A DNA stretch of 64,000 bases from a bacterium (GCA_030646915.1 JAUSKT010000014.1:30409-94408), one strand, 5' to 3'; positions 19,196 to 27,765 are shown, counted from the first letter of the stretch. The notes: generated by a model not told the origin, from the sequence alone. A program made the numbers and translations.

Positions 19196-20020
19196 ATGAA
19201 AAATTTTAGACCTACAACTCCATCAAGAAGGCATATGACCACTGTTGATTACAGTGTTTTAACCGATGTCAGACGCTATAAACCCTTAACTCATGGCATG
19301 GGCAAGCGAGGCGGAAGAAATAACCAGGGCCGGATTACTATGCGTCATCAGGGCGGAGGCAATAAAAGAGTCTATCGTTTAGTAGATTTTAAACAAAATA
19401 AAATAAATGTTCCTGGCCGAGTAGAGAGTATTGAATATGATCCTTATCGAAGCGCTTATATTGCTTTAGTAGTTTATAAAGACGGAGAACGGAGATATAT
19501 TTTAGCTCAAAAAGAATTAAAAGCAGGAGATGAAGTTTTAACTGCCCAACAGGCGCCGCTTAAACCAGGTAATCGTTTGATGTTAAAAAATATCCCAATC
19601 GGTTATTTAGTTTCTAATGTGGAATTACAAGCTGGCAGGGGCGGCCAATTAGCCAGATCAGCCGGTTCTTATTTAGAAGTTTTAGGACAAGAAGGGGGGC
19701 ATTGCGTTTTAAAACTCTCTTCCGGGGAAGTTAGGAAGGTTTCTTCTGATGGGTATGCCTCTATCGGCCAACTTTCTAATCAGGATTGGAATTTAGTTAC
19801 TATTGGCAAGGCTGGCCGTTCAAGATGGCTTGGAATCAGGCCAACTACCAGGGCCAAAGCTATGAATCCGGTAGATCATAAATACGGCGGCGGCGAAGGC
19901 AGTACTCAGCGTGGCACTAAGCGTCCAAAGGATATTTGGGGTAATATTACCGGCGGCAGGAAAACCAGGAATAAAAAGAGAAGGTCTACAAAATTAATTC
20001 TTTCTAGGCGGCCAAAATAA
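19196..20020 (+). CDS. rplB: 50S ribosomal protein L2
   Basis: 274 aa; [16 protein letters not shown] and [13 protein letters not shown] motifs. Confidence 0.96.
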   Translation: MKNFRPTTPSRRHMTTVDYSVLTDVRRYKPLTHGMGKRGGRNNQGRITMRHQGGGNKRVYRLVDFKQNKINVPGRVESIEYDPYRSAYIALVVYKDGERRYILAQKELKAGDEVLTAQQAPLKPGNRLMLKNIPIGYLVSNVELQAGRGGQLARSAGSYLEVLGQEGGHCVLKLSSGEVRKVSSDGYASIGQLSNQDWNLVTIGKAGRSRWLGIRPTTRAKAMNPVDHKYGGGEGSTQRGTKRPKDIWGNITGGRKTRNKKRRSTKLILSRRPK

Positions 20021-20024
20021 TTTT

Positions 20025-20351
20025 ATGAGCAGAAGTTCTAAAAAGGGTCCTTACGTTGATCCAAAATTATTAAAGAAAATTTCTAAATTAAAACCGGGAG
20101 ATAAAACGGTTATTAAGACTTGGTCCCGAGCTTCGGAAATCGCTCCGGAAATGGTTGGTTTTGTTTTTGGCGTCCATAATGGAAAGAATTTTATTGAGGT
20201 TTTAATTAAAGAAGAAATGGTTGGCCATCGTCTCGGGGAATTTTCTTTAACTCGTAAATTTGTCCGCCATGGAGGTAAAATGCAGCGAGAGCTGGAAGCT
20301 TCTAAAGCTGCTGCTCCCGCCGCTTCGCCAGCACCGGGCGCTAAAAAGTAA
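20025..20351 (+). CDS. rpsS: 30S ribosomal protein S19 (with Ala/Pro-rich C-terminal tail)
   Basis: [11 protein letters not shown] start, [13 protein letters not shown] motif. Confidence 0.94.
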   Translation: MSRSSKKGPYVDPKLLKKISKLKPGDKTVIKTWSRASEIAPEMVGFVFGVHNGKNFIEVLIKEEMVGHRLGEFSLTRKFVRHGGKMQRELEASKAAAPAASPAPGAKK

Positions 20352-20368
20352 ATTTTATTAAAAATTTT

Positions 20369-20875
20369 ATGTCTCAAGTTACTGCAAAATTAAATTATCT
20401 ACATATCGCACCGAGGAAAGTTCGGTTAGTTACCAATGCCTTAAAAGGCCTTTCAGTTAATGAAGCAGAGGCTCAGCTTTTATTCAGGTCAAAGCGTTCT
20501 AGTGAATCTTTATTAAAACTTCTTCGTTCTGCGGTGGCTAATGCAAAAAATAATCATAAATTAAATGTGGATCGTCTAGTAATTAAGGATATCCGCGTAA
20601 ATCAGGGGCCAATGCTTAAAAGATTTATGCCGCGCGCAATGGGACGAGCTACTCCGATTCAAAAGAAAACAAGCCATATTTTTTTAGTTTTAGAAGAGCG
20701 TTCTAATTTTAAATCCTCAAGATTTAATATTGCAGTTTCTAAGAAGACTAAAGTGCCAAAAACAGAAAAAACTGTAGCAAAACCTAAATTAATTAAGACT
20801 GACACATCTGTTAAAAAAACTAAAGAAAAGGCCGGGTTTTTCCGAAAATTATTTTCTAGAAAGAGCGCAGTTTAA
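20369..20875 (+). CDS. rplV: 50S ribosomal protein L22 (C-terminally extended)
   Basis: LHIAPRKVRLV and RAMGRATPIQKKTSHI motifs; ~55-aa Lys-rich extension. Confidence 0.92.
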   Translation: MSQVTAKLNYLHIAPRKVRLVTNALKGLSVNEAEAQLLFRSKRSSESLLKLLRSAVANAKNNHKLNVDRLVIKDIRVNQGPMLKRFMPRAMGRATPIQKKTSHIFLVLEERSNFKSSRFNIAVSKKTKVPKTEKTVAKPKLIKTDTSVKKTKEKAGFFRKLFSRKSAV

Positions 20876-20888
20876 TCAATTAATTATT

Positions 20889-21551
20889 ATGGGTCACAAA
20901 ATTAATCCAAATTCATATAGGATTGGAATTAACAAAAACTGGACTTCCCGTTGGTTTGTTCGAAAGAATGTAAAAGATGTATTAGAAGAAGATATTGCTA
21001 TTCGAAAGATTATTCGTGAAAAAATCGGCACTGCCGGTTTAGATAAAATTGATATTGAGCGCAATACTTCTCAATGCAAAATTTTTATTAAAGCGGCTAA
21101 GCCGGGCTTGGTTATCGGCCGTGGCGGTCAGGGTATTGAAGATTTAACAAAAGCTATTGAAAAAGAATTATTAAAATTAGTTAAGCGGAGGAAAAGAGGA
21201 GTTCCGCCAACTATTAGCGTTAATGTTGAAGAATTGAAACGGACAGAAATTTCTGCTCCGGTATTAGCGCAGCAAATAGCTTGGGATTTAGAGAAGAGAA
21301 TGCCTTTTCGTAGAACTATGAAGAAATATTTAGAAGGAATGATGCAAAACAGGGATGTTCAAGGAGCAAAAATAAGGATGTCAGGACGTTTGGATGGCAA
21401 TGAAATCGCGCGCACCGAGTGGTTGGCGAAGGGGAGATTGCCTTTAACTACTTTACGTTCTAATATTGATTACGCTGATGCCACTGCTTTTTGCAGTTAT
21501 GGGGCAATAGGAATAAAAGTCTGGATTTATAAGGGAGAAGTGCAAGAATAA
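20889..21551 (+). CDS. rpsC: 30S ribosomal protein S3
   Basis: [13 protein letters not shown] start, KH domain GRGGQGIE. Confidence 0.96.
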   Translation: MGHKINPNSYRIGINKNWTSRWFVRKNVKDVLEEDIAIRKIIREKIGTAGLDKIDIERNTSQCKIFIKAAKPGLVIGRGGQGIEDLTKAIEKELLKLVKRRKRGVPPTISVNVEELKRTEISAPVLAQQIAWDLEKRMPFRRTMKKYLEGMMQNRDVQGAKIRMSGRLDGNEIARTEWLAKGRLPLTTLRSNIDYADATAFCSYGAIGIKVWIYKGEVQE

Positions 21552-21553
21552 TT

Positions 21554-21964
21554 ATGTTAATGCCTAAAAAAGTAAAACATAGGAAGTGGCAAAAAGGCCG
21601 TTCCTTAAATAGAAAGATGGAAACTCGCGGCACTACTTTGGCTTATGGTAATTTTGGTTTAAAAGCTGAAACTAGCGCTTGGATTAACGGCAGGCAGATT
21701 GAAGCAGCCCGAAGAGCAATAAGTAATTTTATTAAAAGAGAGGGAAAGGTGTGGATTAGGATTTTTCCGGATAAACCGATTACTGAAAGGCCCCCAGAAG
21801 TTACTATGGGTGGCGGCAAAGGAGATTTAAAGGAATTTGTAGTCCCAGTTTATCCAGGCAGGATTCTTTTTGAAATGGATGGAGTTGCTCCAGAAATAGC
21901 CAAAGAAGCTTTGCGATTAGCTGGATATAAATTGCCGGTTAAAACACGAGTAATTGTTAAATAA
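21554..21964 (+). CDS. rplP: 50S ribosomal protein L16
   Basis: [16 protein letters not shown] start, RMGGGKG-like TMGGGKGD motif. Confidence 0.96.
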   Translation: MLMPKKVKHRKWQKGRSLNRKMETRGTTLAYGNFGLKAETSAWINGRQIEAARRAISNFIKREGKVWIRIFPDKPITERPPEVTMGGGKGDLKEFVVPVYPGRILFEMDGVAPEIAKEALRLAGYKLPVKTRVIVK

Positions 21965-21966
21965 TC

Positions 21967-22158
21967 ATGAAACGGGACATTTTACAAAATTTAAAAGAGA
22001 AATCCAAGGATGACCTTGAGAAAGAATTAATAAGCGTCAAAGATCGTTTGTGGCGGCTAAAAGTTGATTTAGAAAGCGGAAAGGTAAAGAATGTCAGTGA
22101 GATACGCAAATCCAGAAAGGCGATTGCCGTCATTAACACCTTATTAAAATCAAAATAA
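21967..22158 (+). CDS. rpmC: 50S ribosomal protein L29
   Basis: 63 aa helical protein in the conserved L16-L29-S17 position. Confidence 0.88.
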   Translation: MKRDILQNLKEKSKDDLEKELISVKDRLWRLKVDLESGKVKNVSEIRKSRKAIAVINTLLKSK

Positions 22159-22168
22159 ATTTAAAATT

Positions 22169-22477
22169 ATGTTAGGGATATTTAATAAAAAAGATTCTAA
22201 TTCTGATCAAAAAAATATGTCGGAAGTTAAAGATCAGAAAAAATCCGGGAGTCGCAAGCTCCAGGGGGTTGTGGTTTCAGATAAAATGAAAAAAACAGTC
22301 GTAGTAGCAGTTACAAATTATAAATTACATCCAAAATATAAGAAATTTTTTACTTCTACCAATCGTTTTAAAGCTCATGATGAGAATAATACGTATCATG
22401 TCGGCGATAAAGTCATAATCCAAGAAACTCGGCCACTTAGTAAAGAAAAAAGGTGGATTGTAGTCGGCAAATTATAA
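22169..22477 (+). CDS. rpsQ: 30S ribosomal protein S17 (N-terminally extended)
   Basis: [16 protein letters not shown]...HPKYKK...HDENN...[14 protein letters not shown] pattern. Confidence 0.92.
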   Translation: MLGIFNKKDSNSDQKNMSEVKDQKKSGSRKLQGVVVSDKMKKTVVVAVTNYKLHPKYKKFFTSTNRFKAHDENNTYHVGDKVIIQETRPLSKEKRWIVVGKL

Positions 22478-22484
22478 AAATTTT

Positions 22485-22853
22485 ATGATTCAAGAAAGAT
22501 CTATTTTAAAAGTTGCGGATAATAGCGGCGCTAAAATCGTCCGATGTTTTAGGGTGCTTGGCGGCAGTAGAAAGCGATATGCGGGAATCGGCGACATTAT
22601 TGTTGCTTCAGTCCAAATTGCTGAACCCCGAAAGCCGATCAAAAAGAAAGAAATAGTCAAAGCTTTAATAGTCCGTCAGCATAAGGCGCTTCGCAGAAAA
22701 GACGGTTCTTATATTCGTTTTGATGATAATGCCGTTGTAATTATTGATGAAAAGGGGGAGCCGAAAGGAACTCGTATTTTTGGACCGGTGCCGAGAGAAA
22801 TTAAAGAGTACGGATTTGAAACAATATTTTCAATGGCAGAAGAAATAGTTTAA
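22485..22853 (+). CDS. rplN: 50S ribosomal protein L14
   Basis: [17 protein letters not shown] start; 122 aa. Confidence 0.97.
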   Translation: MIQERSILKVADNSGAKIVRCFRVLGGSRKRYAGIGDIIVASVQIAEPRKPIKKKEIVKALIVRQHKALRRKDGSYIRFDDNAVVIIDEKGEPKGTRIFGPVPREIKEYGFETIFSMAEEIV

Positions 22854-22862
22854 ATATATGAA

Positions 22863-22967
22863 TCCCGTTAGAAAATTAATAAATATGTATAAATATATAA
22901 ATAATTCAACCAAGCAATATAGAAAGTCTTTAGTCGGAAAGACGTTAGTTTTAATTTTCTAAACGGG
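22863..22967 (+). repeat. start-codon palindromic element, copy 3, abutting rplX ATG
   Basis: TCCCGTTAGAAAATTAA...TTAATTTTCTAAACGGG (one bulged A); flanked by ATGAA (22858-22862) and ATGAA (22968-22972); through-ORF 22858..22962. Confidence 0.85.
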
Positions 22968-23273
22968 ATGAATATTCATAAAGGTGATAATGTACAAATA
23001 ATGGCGGGTAAAGATCGCGGCAAGCGGGGCAAGGTTTTAGATATTGAAATGAAAAAATCTAAAATTTTGATACAAGGATTGAATTTATTTAAAAAACATA
23101 AAAAACCGACAAAGCAGGGAGAAAAAGGAGAAACTATTTCTGTATCCCGCTATTTGAGCGTATCTAGCGCATTGTTGGTTTGCAGTTCTTGCGATAAACC
23201 ATCTCGCATTGGATATAAAGATGAAGGCGGGAAAAAAGTCCGTTATTGCAAAAAATGCCAGGCAATAATTTAA
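22968..23273 (+). CDS. rplX: 50S ribosomal protein L24 (with CxxC...CxxC C-terminal module)
   Basis: KGDNVQIMAGKDRGKRGKV KOW motif; operon order. Confidence 0.92.
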   Translation: MNIHKGDNVQIMAGKDRGKRGKVLDIEMKKSKILIQGLNLFKKHKKPTKQGEKGETISVSRYLSVSSALLVCSSCDKPSRIGYKDEGGKKVRYCKKCQAII

Positions 23274-23278
23274 ATAAT

Positions 23279-23767
23279 ATGAAAGAAAATTCTTATAAAA
23301 ATTTAGAAAAATTAGTTGTTAATACCGGCCTTGGCCGCTTATCGAGCCAGCCTAATTTTGAAGATAAATTGCTTCCGGAATTAGTAAAGGAATTCAGCGT
23401 TATTGTCGGACAAAAGCCGGCAATTCGCGCCGCTAAAAAATCTATTGCCGGATTTAAACTTAGGATGGGAACGGTGGTTGGATTAAAAGCTACTTTAAGA
23501 AAAAAGCGCATGGAGCAATTTTTGAAAAAATTGATTAATGTTGTGTTGCCTCGCGTCCGGGATTTTCGCGGAGTTAAAAATACTGCTATCGATCAGAATG
23601 GAAATTTAAGCATAGGCTTAAAAGATCAATTAGTTTTTCCGGAAGTAAGCCCGGAAACTTCCAGAGTTAATTTCGGATTGGAAGTCACCTTGGTTCCAAA
23701 ATCCAAGAATAAAGAAAAAGCAGTCGAGTTATATAAAGAATTGGGGATACCCTTCAGTAAAAAATAA
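23279..23767 (+). CDS. rplE: 50S ribosomal protein L5
   Basis: start moved to the ATG at 23279 ([11 protein letters not shown]), 6 nt after rplX stop; VVNTGLG and [13 protein letters not shown] motifs. Confidence 0.92.
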   Translation: MKENSYKNLEKLVVNTGLGRLSSQPNFEDKLLPELVKEFSVIVGQKPAIRAAKKSIAGFKLRMGTVVGLKATLRKKRMEQFLKKLINVVLPRVRDFRGVKNTAIDQNGNLSIGLKDQLVFPEVSPETSRVNFGLEVTLVPKSKNKEKAVELYKELGIPFSKK

Positions 23768-23778
23768 ATTTATTAATT

Positions 23779-23964
23779 ATGGCAAAAGCATCAGTTGAGG
23801 CGAGAGCCCGTAAAAAACCAAAATATTCCAGCAGAAAAGTACTGCGTTGTTTTCGTTGTGGCCGAAAACGCGGTTATATCAGGGATTTTGGCCTATGTAG
23901 AATTTGTTTTAGAGAAATGGCTATTAAGGGCGAAATTCCCGGAGTTAAAAAGTCTAGCTGGTAG
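23779..23964 (+). CDS. rpsN: 30S ribosomal protein S14 type Z (zinc-binding)
   Basis: 61 aa; [20 protein letters not shown] zinc motif. Confidence 0.95.
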   Translation: MAKASVEARARKKPKYSSRKVLRCFRCGRKRGYIRDFGLCRICFREMAIKGEIPGVKKSSW

Positions 23965-23985
23965 TTTTTAAGCTTATATAAAATT

Positions 23986-24366
23986 ATGTATTTCGATTTA
24001 TTAACAAAAATTAAAAATGCTCAGGCTGTGAAAAAAGAAAGCGTGAAGCTTCTATATAGTAATATGGATTTTGCAGTCGCTGAACTTCTTGTCAAACATA
24101 AATTTTTAGAAGCAGCCTCCAAAAAGGGCAGAATGCCTAAGAGAATTTTAGAGGTGAAGCTAAAGTATCAAGACGGCAAAGGAGTAATGCAGAATTTCCG
24201 CATTTTAAGCAAGCCTTCTAGAAAATTGTATATTGGATATAAAGATATCAGGCGAGTCCGGCAAGGATATGGCTTATTAGCCTTATCTACTCCAAAAGGT
24301 ATTTTGGACGGAAAATCAGCCAGACAGCAGAAATTAGGAGGCCAATTATTATTTGAGATATGGTAG
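23986..24366 (+). CDS. rpsH: 30S ribosomal protein S8
   Basis: 126 aa; LLTKIKNAQ start and C-terminal GGQLLFEIW. Confidence 0.94.
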   Translation: MYFDLLTKIKNAQAVKKESVKLLYSNMDFAVAELLVKHKFLEAASKKGRMPKRILEVKLKYQDGKGVMQNFRILSKPSRKLYIGYKDIRRVRQGYGLLALSTPKGILDGKSARQQKLGGQLLFEIW

Positions 24367-24399
24367 TTCGATAATTTTGCTATAAATTAAATTAAAATT

Positions 24400-24951
24400 A
24401 TGTCTAAAGTAGGTAAAAAACCAATTATTATTCCAGACGGAGTCAGTGTTAAAATGGAAGGAGGCTTTTTAGAAATTAAAGGAAAAGAAGGATCTCTTTC
24501 TTTGCCGATTTTGCCGCATACAAAAATTGAATTAAGCGATAAAGAGTTATCCGTAAAAATAGAAAATGACGAATTGCAGGCAAGGGCTAATTGGGGAACG
24601 ATGAGGGCTTTGGCGCAAAATGCGATTACAGGAGTAAACAGCGGGTTTTTAAAAGAATTAGAAATTCAAGGAGTGGGATATCGGGCGTCAATGGAGGGCA
24701 ATACTCTGGTATTGCACGTAGGTTTTTCTCATCCAGTTAAAATTTTAGTTCCGGATGGCATAAAGGTTTCAGTTGAGAAAAATTTTATAAAAATTTCCGG
24801 TTTTAACAAGAATTTAGTTGGCCAGGTGGCGGCAAAAATTAGAGATGTTAAAAAGCCAGAGCCATATCAAGGCAAGGGCATCCGTTATAAAGGCGAAGTG
24901 GTTCGGAGAAAGGCGGGCAAGAAAGTTGCCAGCGCTGCTGCCGCTGCTTAA
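24400..24951 (+). CDS. rplF: 50S ribosomal protein L6
   Basis: MSKVGKKPIIIPDGV start, EPYQGKGIRYKGE motif. Confidence 0.95.
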   Translation: MSKVGKKPIIIPDGVSVKMEGGFLEIKGKEGSLSLPILPHTKIELSDKELSVKIENDELQARANWGTMRALAQNAITGVNSGFLKELEIQGVGYRASMEGNTLVLHVGFSHPVKILVPDGIKVSVEKNFIKISGFNKNLVGQVAAKIRDVKKPEPYQGKGIRYKGEVVRRKAGKKVASAAAAA

Positions 24952-24974
24952 GTCATATAGTGTAATTTATGAAA

Positions 24975-25079
24975 TCCCGTTAGAAAATTAATAAATATGT
25001 TTAAATATAGCAATAATTTTATAAAGCAATATAGCAAGTCTTATGTCGGTAAGACGTTGAATTTAATTTTCTAAACGGG
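24975..25079 (+). repeat. start-codon palindromic element, copy 4, abutting rplR ATG
   Basis: same ends with a bulged A; flanked by ATGAAA (24969-24974) and ATGAAA (25080-25085); the 6-nt duplication puts the upstream ATG out of frame (ATG AAA TCC CGT TAG); internal hairpin carries compensatory GTCTTA/TAAGAC. Confidence 0.85.
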
Positions 25080-25436
25080 ATGAAAAATATTAAATTAAAA
25101 AATGTTAAAAGAGAAAGGAGAAAGAAAAGAAATCGGGCAAAAATTTTAGGCACAGCTGAAATGCCGAGATTTTCAGTTTTTAGAAGCAATCGTTATACCA
25201 GCGCGCAATTGATTGATGACTTATCAAGAAAAACTTTATTATCAGCCTCTACTAAAGAGTTGAAAGTATCTGGGAAGAATAAAACTGACCAAGCCCGTTT
25301 AGTAGGAGAAATGCTAGGAGAAAAAGCGCAAAAAGCCGGAATTAAAAAAGCTGTTTTTAACAAAGGATCATATCTATATCATGGCCGAGTGAAAGCTGTC
25401 GCAGATGGTGCAAGAGCCAAAGGTTTAGCATTATAA
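25080..25436 (+). CDS. rplR: 50S ribosomal protein L18
   Basis: 118 aa; PRFSVFRSNRYTSAQLIDD and YHGRVKAVADGAR motifs. Confidence 0.94.
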   Translation: MKNIKLKNVKRERRKKRNRAKILGTAEMPRFSVFRSNRYTSAQLIDDLSRKTLLSASTKELKVSGKNKTDQARLVGEMLGEKAQKAGIKKAVFNKGSYLYHGRVKAVADGARAKGLAL

Positions 25437-25447
25437 AAGCCAATATT

Positions 25448-25996
25448 ATGGAAAATAAACAAAATCAAAATACTAATTTTAAAAATCCGGCCGGCGGCCG
25501 CGGCCGTAATTTCAGGGGGCCGCGCAGAGATTCCAGGGGAGATTTTAAGCAAGATTCTTTTAAAGAAAAAGTTTTAGACTTGCGGAGAGTTACTCGCGTG
25601 GTAGCCGGCGGCAAGAGGTTTCGTTTTCGAGTCACCTTAGTCATTGGCGATGAAAAAGGATCTGTAGGAGTGGGGGTAGCTAAGGGTTTGGATGTTCAAT
25701 CGGCTATAGAAAAATCAAAGCGAGATGCCAGAAAGAATGTAATTAAAATTCCATTAAATAAACGTACTATTCCCCATGAAGTTCGGGCAAAGTTTAGCGC
25801 AGCCGATGTTTTAATTAAGCCTGCAGTTGAAGGCCATGGATTAAAGGCGGGGGGCGCAGTTCGGGTAGTTTTATCTTTGGCTGGCATCAAAGATGTAACT
25901 GCGAAATGTTTGGGCAGAACGCCAAATAAATTAACTAACGCAATGGCAACTATAAAAGCCTTGTCCCAGTTAAAAGTTAAAAGTGAAAAGTTATAA
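25448..25996 (+). CDS. rpsE: 30S ribosomal protein S5
   Basis: RVTRVVAGGKRFRFRVTLVIGD and GVGVAKG motifs; Gly/Arg-rich N-terminal extension. Confidence 0.95.
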   Translation: MENKQNQNTNFKNPAGGRGRNFRGPRRDSRGDFKQDSFKEKVLDLRRVTRVVAGGKRFRFRVTLVIGDEKGSVGVGVAKGLDVQSAIEKSKRDARKNVIKIPLNKRTIPHEVRAKFSAADVLIKPAVEGHGLKAGGAVRVVLSLAGIKDVTAKCLGRTPNKLTNAMATIKALSQLKVKSEKL

Positions 25997-26004
25997 AATT
26001 TATT

Positions 26005-26388
26005 ATGGAATTATTTAGAAATTCAAAACAAAATAATAAAAGAGTCCAGAGAGTTGGGCGCGGCGGAAAGCGGGGAACCACTTCCGGCAGGGGAACAAAG
26101 GGGCAAAAATCCCGATCCGGCCATAGAATTCGGCCGGCAGAAAGGGATTTATTAATCCGATTGCCAAAATTGCGCGGATACAGAAATAAATCGATTAAAG
26201 AAAAATCAGGGGTGTTAAATTTAAGCGATTTAGCAAATTCAAAAGATACGATTTTTAATAAGAAAAATCTCGGTTTGGTAAAGATTTTGGGAGGAGGAGA
26301 ATTAAAAAAGCCGATTACTATTGAGGGTTTGCCAGTTTCTAAAAGCGCAAAAATAAAAATAGAAAAGGCTGGCGGGACAGTTAAATAA
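26005..26388 (+). CDS. rplO: 50S ribosomal protein L15
   Basis: RVGRGGKRGTTSGRGTKGQKSRSG motif; directly follows rpsE with no rpmD. Confidence 0.93.
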   Translation: MELFRNSKQNNKRVQRVGRGGKRGTTSGRGTKGQKSRSGHRIRPAERDLLIRLPKLRGYRNKSIKEKSGVLNLSDLANSKDTIFNKKNLGLVKILGGGELKKPITIEGLPVSKSAKIKIEKAGGTVK

Positions 26389-26398
26389 AGGTGATGGA

Positions 26399-26502
26399 TC
26401 CCGTTAGAAAATTAATAAATATGTTTATATATAGCAATAATTTTATAGAGCAATATCAGAAGTCTTTAGTCGGAAAGACGTTTAATTTAATTTTCTAACG
26501 GG
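26399..26502 (+). repeat. start-codon palindromic element, copy 5, abutting secY ATG
   Basis: perfect 16-nt TIR; flanked by ATGGA (26394-26398) and ATGGA (26503-26507); upstream duplicate preceded by AAGGTG; through-ORF 26394..26498. Confidence 0.85.
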
Positions 26503-27765
26503 ATGGAGAAATTACTTATTTTATTAAAAACGCCGGAGTTAAGAAAAAAGATTTTAGTGGTAGCTAGCCTGCTTTTAGTTTTTAGAGTTTTTTCTGCCAT
26601 ACCAATTCCTGGCGTTGATGTAGACCGCTTAAGCGCTTTTTTATCTTCCAACCAATTGCTAGGATTTTTTAACATTTTTTCTGGAGGAGCCCTTTCCACG
26701 CTTTCTATCGTGATGTTGGGGGTGGGCCCTTATATTACCGCGACTATTATCATGCAGCTTCTTACGATGATCTTTCCCCACTTAAAAGAAATTTATTATG
26801 AGCAGGGTGAAGCCGGCCGGGCGAAATTTAACAGGCTTTCTCATTATCTTACGGTTCCGCTTGCCGGATTGCAGGGATATGGATTTTTAAATCTTTTAAT
26901 TTCTCAAAAAGTTTTATTGCCATTATCTCCATTTGATACCGTAAGAAATATTCTCTTAATTACCGCGGGGTCACTTTTTTTGGTTTGGCTTGGGGAATTA
27001 ATCACCGAGCAGAAAATCGGTAATGGAGTTTCTGTTTTGATTTTTGCCGGAATCGTCAGCCAATTACCTAGTACAATTCAAGGGCTGTTTTTAAGTTATG
27101 ATCCTAGCTTAGTGCCAACTTACGTAGCTTTTTTGGTTTTAAGCGTGATAGTAATCGCTGGAGTAGTTTTTATTAATGAAGGAGAGCGGAAAGTTCCTGT
27201 TTCTTATTCTAAGCGAGTTCGTGGTAATCGGGTTTATGGCGGAGTCTCCAGCTACCTACCTTTAAAAGTCAATCAAGCGGGAGTCATTCCAATTATTTTT
27301 GCTATTTCTCTTCTGCTCTTTCCCCAATTCTTAGCTCAGGTTTCTGCTGTATTTTCTCCGGATCTTTCTATACGCCTGACTGAGTTAGTATCCAAAGTTT
27401 TGGGTAATCCCAGCCTTTACAGCGCTTTATACTTTATATTAGTAGTAATTTTTACTTATTTTTATACTGCTGTTACTTTTGATCCTCAGGAAATTTCTAA
27501 AAACCTTCAGAGAAGCGGCGGTTTTATTCCCGGCATCCGTCCCGGCCAGCCCACTGGCGAATTTTTATCCAAAGTAATTAATAGGACAACTTTGTTTGGC
27601 GCATTATTTTTAGGCACATTAGCTGTTTTGCCAAATATAATGCAGATTTTGACCGGAGTTCAGCTTTTGGCCTTGGGAGGCACATCGCTTTTAATTGTTG
27701 TATCTGTGGCCTTAGAAATAATGAAACAACTTGATTCACAGCTTGTTTTGAGAGAGTACGAGTAG
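26503..27765 (+). CDS. secY: preprotein translocase subunit SecY
   Basis: 420 aa, 10 TM; GVGPYITATIIMQLL and GELITEQKIGNG motifs. Confidence 0.96.
   Translation: MEKLLILLKTPELRKKILVVASLLLVFRVFSAIPIPGVDVDRLSAFLSSNQLLGFFNIFSGGALSTLSIVMLGVGPYITATIIMQLLTMIFPHLKEIYYEQGEAGRAKFNRLSHYLTVPLAGLQGYGFLNLLISQKVLLPLSPFDTVRNILLITAGSLFLVWLGELITEQKIGNGVSVLIFAGIVSQLPSTIQGLFLSYDPSLVPTYVAFLVLSVIVIAGVVFINEGERKVPVSYSKRVRGNRVYGGVSSYLPLKVNQAGVIPIIFAISLLLFPQFLAQVSAVFSPDLSIRLTELVSKVLGNPSLYSALYFILVVIFTYFYTAVTFDPQEISKNLQRSGGFIPGIRPGQPTGEFLSKVINRTTLFGALFLGTLAVLPNIMQILTGVQLLALGGTSLLIVVSVALEIMKQLDSQLVLREYE

Noticed and set aside
23246-23278. The extended N-terminus (MQKMPGNNLNN) for rplE, overlapping rplX.
   Set aside because: It is not part of conserved L5. 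The ATG at 23279 gives a normal L5 N-terminus and a 5-nt gap after the rplX stop.
11674-26507. The five ~104-nt repeats could be a CRISPR-like array.
   Set aside because: They are kilobases apart, with complete genes between them. The repeats are far longer than CRISPR repeats, each has terminal inverted repeats and flanking duplications, and no cas genes are present.
26394-26507. The identical ATGGA on both sides of a hairpin could indicate T4 gene-60-style ribosomal bypassing (take-off and landing sites).
   Set aside because: The repeated string includes the start codon itself. Independent initiation or termination-reinitiation explains the geometry without invoking hopping, and there is no upstream coding sequence fused to the take-off site.
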